The notes beneath the pieces were generated by a model. That model did not search any database. It worked only from the letters and a program-made list of their open reading frames with translations, and had not been told where the DNA came from. A program made the position numbers and the translations under genes. 64,000 nucleotides of DNA from Candidatus Omnitrophota bacterium (lineage in GTDB: Bacteria; Omnitrophota; Gorgyraeia; Zapsychrales; Zapsychraceae): NCBI GenBank assembly GCA_015233115.1, contig JADFYJ010000002.1:38016-102015 (forward strand), in the 5' to 3' direction. This document shows, piece by piece, positions 56,862 through 64,000 of the stretch; position 1 is the first letter of the stretch; each line of letters begins with the position of its first letter.

Positions 56862-57089
56862 CTATTGAGCGTTAATAAAACATTCACATAATGGACAGCG
56901 CATAAAAGCCGCACGACCTGCTTCCTTATTAAAAAATACATGCCCGCAATATTCACACTGACAGAAACAGTTTACTGGTCTCACAACTTTCCTTCTTTTT
57001 AAAGTATAAAATAGAGGAAAAACAAACACAAGAATTAACATTAAAATAACCAAAACAACGACTGCACTGTCAAATCGGATAGGGATCAT
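56862..57089 (-). CDS. small membrane protein with C-terminal Cys-rich zinc-ribbon-like motif
   Basis: TM helix, then CFCQCEYCGHVF..CPLCEC. Confidence 0.35.
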   Translation of the reverse strand: MIPIRFDSAVVVLVILMLILVFVFPLFYTLKRRKVVRPVNCFCQCEYCGHVFFNKEAGRAAFMRCPLCECFINAQ

Positions 57090-57517
57090 TTTAAATCCAG
57101 CCGTAAAGGTTTATATGGTTCGACAGATATTTTTTCCATATCAAGGTCAGCTCTAGGTAAAGCTGACTTTTTTTCCAAAGCAGAACGTTCAAACATCGCA
57201 ACCGCGGATACCTGCGGATTATTTTTAATTTTAGGCAAGGATGGTTTATTCCGCGGTTTATCCTCCGTTGGTGGACGATCAAACACAGAATTAACAGAAA
57301 CCAGATCAACATTTGACACTGACCCAGTTGATTTGGAATTTATCGTCTTTGGATCCAAAATACCCCCGATAGAAATCAAAATCGGACGCAACGCTGACGC
57401 GTGATTCGGAATAATAATAGTAAAAAAACATGCCAGACAAATGTGGATGCCCAAGGCCAACAGCAAAGCTTTGGTAAAAAATAAGCCAGAAGATATTGTT
57501 ATGTTTGGAAATCGCAT
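57086..57517 (-). CDS. TolA/TonB-like TM plus Pro-rich protein (putative, positional)
   Basis: N-terminal TM, RPPTEDKPRNKPSLPKIKNNPQ Pro/Lys-rich stretch. Directly downstream of tolR. Confidence 0.3.
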   Translation of the reverse strand: MRFPNITISSGLFFTKALLLALGIHICLACFFTIIIPNHASALRPILISIGGILDPKTINSKSTGSVSNVDLVSVNSVFDRPPTEDKPRNKPSLPKIKNNPQVSAVAMFERSALEKKSALPRADLDMEKISVEPYKPLRLDLK

Positions 57518-57586
57518 TTCATTTGGAATATTTGGTTTTTAATTTTTAACACCAATCATTTTTTTGACTTTATGACTTTACGTTTT

Positions 57587-57994
57587 TCATTTAATGATCT
57601 GCGTTGTCGCGATATTCACCTTCTCTATTCCTAGATCCCGGCATAAATCCCAAATATCAATAACGCGCCCCACTGATGCGCGGCGGTCAGATTTAATCAA
57701 AAAGGATCGATTCTGCAAATTTTTCTCTTTGAGCTCCCGCCCCAACTCTTTAATTGTAAAAATCTTGTTATTAAAATAAATAACATTCTCGCCGGTAATC
57801 ATGACCACCATGCTGTCTTCTTTGACAATGCGACTGGTCACGGCCTTCGCAAGTTTCACATTAATTCGGGCAGCGGATGTAAATAAAGGAAGCAAAAAAA
57901 CAAAGACGGCTAAAAGTAACGCGACATTGATCAAGGGAACAACCGTGATCCATCCTAACCCGTATTCACAATTTAAATTCTGTTTAAATTTCAT
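57587..57994 (-). CDS. tolR: biopolymer transport protein ExbD/TolR
   Basis: 135 aa, single TM, ExbD-like periplasmic domain. Confidence 0.75.
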   Translation of the reverse strand: MKFKQNLNCEYGLGWITVVPLINVALLLAVFVFLLPLFTSAARINVKLAKAVTSRIVKEDSMVVMITGENVIYFNNKIFTIKELGRELKEKNLQNRSFLIKSDRRASVGRVIDIWDLCRDLGIEKVNIATTQIIK

Positions 57995-58043
57995 AGTATA
58001 AAAATAAACTTAATAGCTTTTGACTTTTAGTTTTTGGTTTTCT

Positions 58044-58706
58044 TTATTCTGCGTACTCTCTATTCTGCCCTTTACCCATGATACTGCTCATCAAATCCAT
58101 CAATTCTGACGCGGCACGCTGCATTTCCAGAACAAAAAACCTGACTCTCTGTACACAATAATTATACGCAACAACCGCGCCAATTGCGACTAGCAACCCC
58201 GCCCCCGTTGTTATCAACGCTTGCCAAATTCCTCCTGCCAAATCACCCATAGTTAATAAACTCAGGGCATTAATTTTCATCTCAATACCACGAAAAGAAA
58301 TAACCAGACCGGCGACGGTTCCTAATAAACCCAAGAGTGTGCTGATTTGCGCCATAGCCGGCAGGATCGTTAAATTGGTTTCCAATTGAGATACAACTAA
58401 TAAACTTTCGCTTTCCATTGATTCTTTGGCTTCCTGACGGGAAAATCCTAATTTAGACAATCCTGCCATCATAATTTTTGCCGTTGGCGAATTGTTGGTT
58501 TCACACAACACATAGGCCTCTTTGATTTTGTTCTGGCGGATCAGATCAAAAACCCGGTCTTTTAATAATTGGACATCGCAGCGGACTGAATTAAAATAAA
58601 AAATCCGTTCAAGCACGATCGTTAAGACCAAAATAGAACAAAAAATAATCGGCACCATAAGTAACCCACCGAGTTTGATTAAATCAAAAATGTTTAATGA
58701 CATGTT
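58044..58706 (-). CDS. tolQ: MotA/TolQ/ExbB proton-channel protein
   Basis: The likely start is MSLNIFDLIKLGGLLMVPI. Three TM helices and a conserved TolQ C-terminal region. The track N-terminal extension (to 58781) is encoded by a family C repeat. Confidence 0.75.
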   Translation of the reverse strand, partial: NMSLNIFDLIKLGGLLMVPIIFCSILVLTIVLERIFYFNSVRCDVQLLKDRVFDLIRQNKIKEAYVLCETNNSPTAKIMMAGLSKLGFSRQEAKESMESESLLVVSQLETNLTILPAMAQISTLLGLLGTVAGLVISFRGIEMKINALSLLTMGDLAGGIWQALITTGAGLLVAIGAVVAYNYCVQRVRFFVLEMQRAASELMDLMSSIMGKGQNREYAE

Positions 58707-58790
58707 GTTATCCTTTTGAAAGTAACCGAGTAACAGAGTAGCAGAGAAACAAAGCAAAAAAATAAAGTATCTAAAAACCAACCACTATTT
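58707..58790. repeat. solo left arm of family C repeat
   Basis: agtaaccgagtaacagagtagcagagaaacaaagcaaaaaa, which matches agtaaccgagtaacaaagtaacagagcaaaagcaaaaaa at 14331. Confidence 0.55.
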
Positions 58791-61275
58791 ATTGATTAGT
58801 CATTACTTTATTATTGATCCATTCCAGCCGCTCTTGAGCGAATTTTTTTTCTTCGGTGTTATAATTCAGGACTTTTTGATATATCTGCTTCGCCTTAATC
58901 CAATCGTCCTGATCTTCGAAAATACGGGCCACGCGTAAATAGGCCTTGACCGCCCAACTCGGCTGATCGGCGTATAAGTAAGGGATTTTTAAATATTCGT
59001 CGAGGGCCTTATCCGTATTATTTAACAACTCAAAATTATCCGCTAAACTAAAACAAATTTCAGCGTCAGATATCCTGCCTTGCCCTTTAATGGCTTTGAG
59101 TGCCTTATCATAATATTGGGTGGCTTTTTGATAATCATTTTGATTTTTGTAAATCTCCGCAATTTTAAATAAAGCGTCTTTCGCGAAGCCTGGAACTTTT
59201 TCTAGCAAGGTTTGATACGTCGCAATGGCCGCTTCAGGCTCCATTTTCTGTGAAAGGATCTCCGCAATGGCAGTCTTGGCTTTCACAAAAATATCGGGCG
59301 AACCATCTTGGGAAATATTTTTGAATGCCCCAATCGCGGCGGTATAATCATTGTTCGCCTTATATGCCTGCCCCAATGAATAATATACTTCTACCAACTT
59401 TTTACTGCCTGGAAATTTTTTAATAAATTCCTGATAATGATCAATGGCATAATTATAATCACCCGCTTCCAAATAATGATCGCCTAACCAAAACAAAGCT
59501 TCTTGGGCGGCATCAGAATCAGGATATTTCGTCGCAATCAAACGAAAGCGCTTCAACGCCTCATTTATGTTTCCGTTTTTATAAAAACATTTGGCCACAT
59601 GCAACTCGGAATTCTTAATAATATTAGATTCGCCGGGATATTCCTTAATAATTTTTTGAAACACCGGCATTGCCTCGGAATATTTTGACAAATTAAAATA
59701 TGACAGCCCCAAAATATAGTAGGCTTCAGAACGAAATTCATTTCCATCGCCGGATTCTTTAAGAAACGCGTTAGACTGTTCAATAGCTGTTTGCCACTGA
59801 TTTTGTTTAAAATACGCGACCGCTAAATAATATTTAGCATCTTTTAAATATTTACTATGAGGAAAATTTGACTGTAAACTTTGAAAAGATAACGTCGCTG
59901 CGTCGATCTTATTCTGTTTTAACAAAGCAATCGCCTGGCGGTACTGCACATAATCCGTGTAAGGACTTTCAGGAAATTGCTCCAAAACTTTATCATAAAC
60001 ATCGACCGCTTTATCCCACTGGCCAGCGTCTTGATATGCGTCACCAATCTGTGTCATAGCACTGATCCGGACAGTATTATTCGCCGTTTTAGTTTTAAGC
60101 GTCTCAAAGGTATGAATGGACAAGTCCAACGCTCCTGCTTTGAGATAACTCCAGCCTAAAGCAAAATAAGCTTTTTCCACAATTTCCATAGCATCAGCTG
60201 TGGAGTCATATTTATTGATGATCATCCGATAATCTTTGATAGCTGCGTCATAATTTTGTTTCTGATAATAAATATTCCCCCTGCCTAGTAAGGCTTCCGG
60301 GACCCGCTGGCTGTCCTGATATTTCGTAATAACATCTGTATACGCTGACACCGCTTTGTCAGAATTATCCGTCTCTGAATATAAGGATGCCAGCCCCACA
60401 TAAACATCATCCGGGGTCAAACCTTTACTCTGCGCAAAAGTTAAGGCGTCATTAAAATTCTTCTCGGATAATTCATATTTCCCAAGTTTTAAATAACACC
60501 AGCCCAGGCTGATTTTAGAAGCGAAAATCGTTTTGTTATCATAAGATATATCGGCGGATTTGGCATAAAAACTAATCGCGTCCAAGGGGCGGCTCAAATA
60601 ATAATACGACTCACCAATATAAAAATATGCTTCGGGGTGCTTAACCGAATCCGGGTAAGTTTTAATATATTTTATGAAAAGATCAGCTGCCTTTTCATAA
60701 TTTTTTTGAGTATAAAGGATCTCGCTAATTTTAAACGCCGCATCTTCGGCCAATTGATGCTCAGGAAACTTTTTCAAAATTTTTTCAAACGTCGCTTGTG
60801 CCTTTTCAAAATCATTTTGTGAATAATATGTCCATCCCAGCGAATAATAAGCCTGCGGGGTATAGGTGGAATCAGGATACGCATCAATGACCTGTTTATA
60901 CATCTCTTCAGCTTGTTTGTAATCTGACCCTTTCAGATAAGTCTCCCCCAGCCAAAACAACGTCGCGTCTTTAAATTGAGGATATTGCAGGGTTTCTTTA
61001 AAAAAATTATAGGCCTTCAAATATTCACTTTTAAAAAAATAACATTGACCTAAAAGTAATTTTGATTCAATAATCTTGGTCGTTTGAGGATATTCCTTCA
61101 TCAGCTGTTCGATATAACGAATCGATATATCATAAAACCCGTCGTCAAACGCCTTTTGCGCGACTAGAAAAAGTTCTTCATCACTGTTAGCGGCAAAAGT
61201 GCTGGTCGGATGATTTAATAGACAGCAGCCAGCTAAAACAATTATAAACATTAAGGACAAGAGTTTTTTTTTCAT
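58789..61275 (-). CDS. periplasmic tetratricopeptide-repeat protein (828 aa)
   Basis: Signal peptide, then about 20 TPR-like repeats. Sits upstream of tolQ/tolR, as CpoB/YbgF-type TPR proteins associate with Tol systems. Confidence 0.7.
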   Translation of the reverse strand: MKKKLLSLMFIIVLAGCCLLNHPTSTFAANSDEELFLVAQKAFDDGFYDISIRYIEQLMKEYPQTTKIIESKLLLGQCYFFKSEYLKAYNFFKETLQYPQFKDATLFWLGETYLKGSDYKQAEEMYKQVIDAYPDSTYTPQAYYSLGWTYYSQNDFEKAQATFEKILKKFPEHQLAEDAAFKISEILYTQKNYEKAADLFIKYIKTYPDSVKHPEAYFYIGESYYYLSRPLDAISFYAKSADISYDNKTIFASKISLGWCYLKLGKYELSEKNFNDALTFAQSKGLTPDDVYVGLASLYSETDNSDKAVSAYTDVITKYQDSQRVPEALLGRGNIYYQKQNYDAAIKDYRMIINKYDSTADAMEIVEKAYFALGWSYLKAGALDLSIHTFETLKTKTANNTVRISAMTQIGDAYQDAGQWDKAVDVYDKVLEQFPESPYTDYVQYRQAIALLKQNKIDAATLSFQSLQSNFPHSKYLKDAKYYLAVAYFKQNQWQTAIEQSNAFLKESGDGNEFRSEAYYILGLSYFNLSKYSEAMPVFQKIIKEYPGESNIIKNSELHVAKCFYKNGNINEALKRFRLIATKYPDSDAAQEALFWLGDHYLEAGDYNYAIDHYQEFIKKFPGSKKLVEVYYSLGQAYKANNDYTAAIGAFKNISQDGSPDIFVKAKTAIAEILSQKMEPEAAIATYQTLLEKVPGFAKDALFKIAEIYKNQNDYQKATQYYDKALKAIKGQGRISDAEICFSLADNFELLNNTDKALDEYLKIPYLYADQPSWAVKAYLRVARIFEDQDDWIKAKQIYQKVLNYNTEEKKFAQERLEWINNKVMTNQ

Positions 61276-61365
61276 ATAAGTTCTTTCTCAAATTTTTATT
61301 CAGGAGGGTCGGGGACCCTCCCCTACGCTTTCTTTTCTCACTAATCGTTTTTTATCATTTTTTTT

Positions 61366-61395
61366 TCCTTTACCACCTTTATACCCTTACCACCT
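61366..61395. repeat. family G tandem nonamer repeat (reverse complement of the 8943 copy)
   Basis: cctttaccacctttatacccttaccaccttta. Overlaps the uvrA stop and the last codons. Confidence 0.4.
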
Positions 61396-64000
61396 TTAGC
61401 ACTTTTTTCAAATACTGTCCTGTATAAGATTTCGGACATTGCGCGACTTCTTCAGGTGTTCCGGTCGCCATGACTTCCCCACCTCGATCTCCGCCTTCCG
61501 GACCGAGATCAATAATATAATCGGCATTTTTAACTACATCCAAATTGTGCTCGATAATTAAAACTGTATTTCCCAGCCCAACTAACCTTTGCAGGACCTC
61601 CAATAATTTTTCTACGTCCGCGAAATGCAAACCTGTGGTTGGCTCATCTAAAATATAAAACGTCTGCCCGGTCGAATGCTTACATAATTCGCTGGCCAGC
61701 TTAACCCGCTGGGCTTCTCCGCCGGATAAGGTGGTCGCGCTCTGACCGAGTTTAATATACCCTAAACCCACATCATTCAAAGTTTCCAGAACCCGTCGTA
61801 TCTTAGGAACATTTTCAAATATAGCAAGACCTTCCGTCACCGATGTATTAAGGATATCATTAATGTTTTTCCCTTTAAACTGAACTTCCAAAGTCTGATC
61901 ATTAAACCGGCGGCCGCCGCACACTTCGCATTGAACATAAACATCCGGCAAAAAATGCATCTCAATTTTTTTAATTCCGTCGCCGTTACATGCTTCGCAC
62001 CGCCCCCCTTTGACATTAAAACTGAAACGTCCCGGTTTATATCCCCGCAATTTTGATTCGGGCATCATGGTAAAAACATTACGGATATGGTCAAAAACAC
62101 CGGTGTAAGTGGCTGGATTGGAGCGCGGGGTCCGTCCGATCGGCGACTGGTCCACTACAATAAATTTATCAATCCATTCCATGCCGGTTATTTTCTTTAC
62201 CTTGCCTGGCTGGTCTTTTGACCCATAAAATTTCTGCGCAAGTGATTTATGAATAATATCATCCACCAACGTCGATTTTCCAGAACCGGATACTCCGGTA
62301 ATACACGTAAAAGTTCCTAAAGGAATCGATAGATTAATATCTTTAAGATTATGTTCCGCTGCCCCCAATATTTTTAATTGTTTCTTTGGATCAATCGGGC
62401 GCCGTGTAGCAGGAGTTGAAATAAATTTTTTACCGCTTAAATACTGGCCAGTCAAAGAAGTTTCCGATTTCAGCAAAGCAGGAACATCTCCTTCAAAGAT
62501 AATCTCGCCTCCAAATTCACCGGCACCCGGACCTAGGTCAATCACATGATCAGAACGACGAATGGTTTCTTCATCATGCTCAACCACGATCAAACTATTG
62601 CCCATATCCCGCAAGGCATGCAAAGTTGATAATAAACGGTCATTATCCCGTTGGTGCAAACCAATACTCGGTTCATCCAAAATATATATCACGCCAACCA
62701 GCCCTGACCCCACTTGAGTAGCTAAACGGATCCGTTCTGCTTCCCCGCCTGATAATGTACCGCTCCGACGGTCTAAGGTTAAATAGTCAAGCCCAACATT
62801 AATGCAAAAATCCAAACGGCGGATGATCTCTTTTAAAATCTGAGCGCTGATAATCTGCTGATCTTTGGTCAGCTTTAGTTCCTGGAAAAATTTTTTCGCT
62901 TCCTTGATTGAAAGCTGAGATACTTCCGAAATATTCTTATCATTAATTCTAACCGCCAAAGATTCTTTTTTTAAACGAGCGCCGCCGCAAGAAGGACATG
63001 GCTTTAAGGACATATACTGGCTAATTTCGTCCTGCAGCCATTCACTGTCAGTATCCTGAAACATCCGTTCCAGATAACGTAAAATACCCTCAAATTGCCT
63101 GCCCCAGATTTCATCATCTGAACCGTGCAATATAATTTTCTTAAACGCCGGTTTCAAATCTTGATATGGAGTATAAGGATCAAACCCATGCAATCCGGCA
63201 ATTTCCCGCATCACAGCACGGTAATACATTAAATAATTACGCCGGCCCCGTTTCGAGGGCGCGATCGCGTTGATCCAGGGCTTGGTTTCATCTGGAATTA
63301 AAATATCCGGATCGATTTCCATGCGCGTGCCTAACCCGTTACAGGTCGGACAAGCACCGTAAGGAGAATTAAATGAAAAGGTACGCGGTTCGATCTCCAC
63401 AATACTAATCCCACAGTCGACACAGGCAAAATGTTCACTAAAAATTCGATCAGCCAGCTTACCTTGTTCTTCGACGGACACAATAATCAACCCCTTGCCC
63501 GCGTCCAAAGCAGTTTCAATCGAATCAGTCAGACGCTTGCGGGTTTCAGGTTTTATCGTGATGCGGTCAACAACTACTTCAATATTATGGACTTTAAATT
63601 TGTCCATCTTAATTTCATCTTCAGTTGTGTATATCTGCCCGTCTACCCGCAAACGTGAATAACCCGCTTTCGTGACCTCAGAAGCAATCTTGCGATATTC
63701 CCCTTTGCGTCCACGAATTAAAGGCGCCAAAATAACAATCTTGGTTCCTTCTTTATAGGAAAATAATTGTTCCACAATTTCTTGTGAATGCTGACGCTCG
63801 ATTTTTTTACCGCAATTCGGGCAATACGCTGTCCCGATACGCGCGAATAATAAACGCAGATAATCATTAATCTCAGTCTGAGTCGCTACGGTAGAACGGG
63901 GATTCTTACTGGTGGTCTTTTGTTCGATGGAAATTGTCGGAGATAATCCGTCAATAGATTCAATATTCGGTTTCTGCAATTGTTCCAAAAACTGCCGGGC
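61379..64000 (-). CDS. uvrA: excinuclease ABC subunit A (C-terminal ~870 aa; N-terminus beyond window end)
   Basis: Zn-finger CPNCG, ABC signatures LSGGEAERIRLA and LSGGEAQRVKLA, Walker A GVSGSGKSTL. The track assigns the start to an in-frame TTG; the gene runs off the window. Confidence 0.95.
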   Translation of the reverse strand, partial: ARQFLEQLQKPNIESIDGLSPTISIEQKTTSKNPRSTVATQTEINDYLRLLFARIGTAYCPNCGKKIERQHSQEIVEQLFSYKEGTKIVILAPLIRGRKGEYRKIASEVTKAGYSRLRVDGQIYTTEDEIKMDKFKVHNIEVVVDRITIKPETRKRLTDSIETALDAGKGLIIVSVEEQGKLADRIFSEHFACVDCGISIVEIEPRTFSFNSPYGACPTCNGLGTRMEIDPDILIPDETKPWINAIAPSKRGRRNYLMYYRAVMREIAGLHGFDPYTPYQDLKPAFKKIILHGSDDEIWGRQFEGILRYLERMFQDTDSEWLQDEISQYMSLKPCPSCGGARLKKESLAVRINDKNISEVSQLSIKEAKKFFQELKLTKDQQIISAQILKEIIRRLDFCINVGLDYLTLDRRSGTLSGGEAERIRLATQVGSGLVGVIYILDEPSIGLHQRDNDRLLSTLHALRDMGNSLIVVEHDEETIRRSDHVIDLGPGAGEFGGEIIFEGDVPALLKSETSLTGQYLSGKKFISTPATRRPIDPKKQLKILGAAEHNLKDINLSIPLGTFTCITGVSGSGKSTLVDDIIHKSLAQKFYGSKDQPGKVKKITGMEWIDKFIVVDQSPIGRTPRSNPATYTGVFDHIRNVFTMMPESKLRGYKPGRFSFNVKGGRCEACNGDGIKKIEMHFLPDVYVQCEVCGGRRFNDQTLEVQFKGKNINDILNTSVTEGLAIFENVPKIRRVLETLNDVGLGYIKLGQSATTLSGGEAQRVKLASELCKHSTGQTFYILDEPTTGLHFADVEKLLEVLQRLVGLGNTVLIIEHNLDVVKNADYIIDLGPEGGDRGGEVMATGTPEEVAQCPKSYTGQYLKKVLKVVRV

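Noticed and set aside
1-64000. Autonomous IS element, prophage or integrase to account for the repeat families
   Set aside because: No transposase, integrase, recombinase or phage structural gene is recognisable in any frame of the window. The repeats are non-autonomous here.

Overview
This is a ~40% GC bacterial chromosomal segment with almost every gene on the minus strand. No rRNA, CRISPR, transposase or integrase genes were seen. There is one tRNA (anticodon CAT, CCA encoded). Most of the window is housekeeping: RumA-like rRNA methyltransferase, 6PGL, split transketolase, tsaD, ctpA, gatCAB, a surA-pdxA-ksgA block, a short mfd, secDF-yajC-rpsP, a his operon (hisD-hisB-hisH-hisA-hisF-hisI), alaS-recX-recA, rsmE and a uvrA fragment at the window end. 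The largest functional block (45.4-56.2 kb) is a near-complete type IV pilus locus: pilM/N fusion, pilO-like, pilP-like, pilQ, pilB, pilC, two near-identical tandem major pilins, a third pilin and two paralogous pairs of minor pseudopilins. It is followed by a Tol/Exb-like module (tolQ, tolR) and an 828-aa periplasmic TPR protein. The most unusual property is the density of short intergenic repeat elements flanked by inverted repeats, in at least five sequence families. One family is GC-rich and palindromic with 26-bp TIRs. The others have TIRs built from 3-5 tandem copies of a 7-9-mer (gtcacaaR, gttactcN, gtatgtR, taaaggtgR) flanking AT-rich cores. They sit precisely in intergenic spacers inside operons (tkt, his, gat, pil, tol) and in places provide stop codons or C-terminal residues of annotated genes. 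One family member (36.6-37.1 kb) carries a frameshifted four-helix-bundle (23S-rRNA-IVS-type) protein gene between hisD and hisB. Other candidates for novelty are a SET-domain/AdoMetDC-like gene pair, a bactofilin with a C-terminal HTH next to an HTH/TM protein, a ~1144-aa protein ending in a receiver domain, three TMTC-like GT-C/TPR membrane-protein paralogs (two in tandem), and two structured intergenic elements (20.93-21.05 kb and the 281-bp gatB-gatA spacer). Line-based coordinates for repeats and other non-CDS features may be off by a few bases (1-10 nt) relative to the ORF track, with which I found small local discrepancies.
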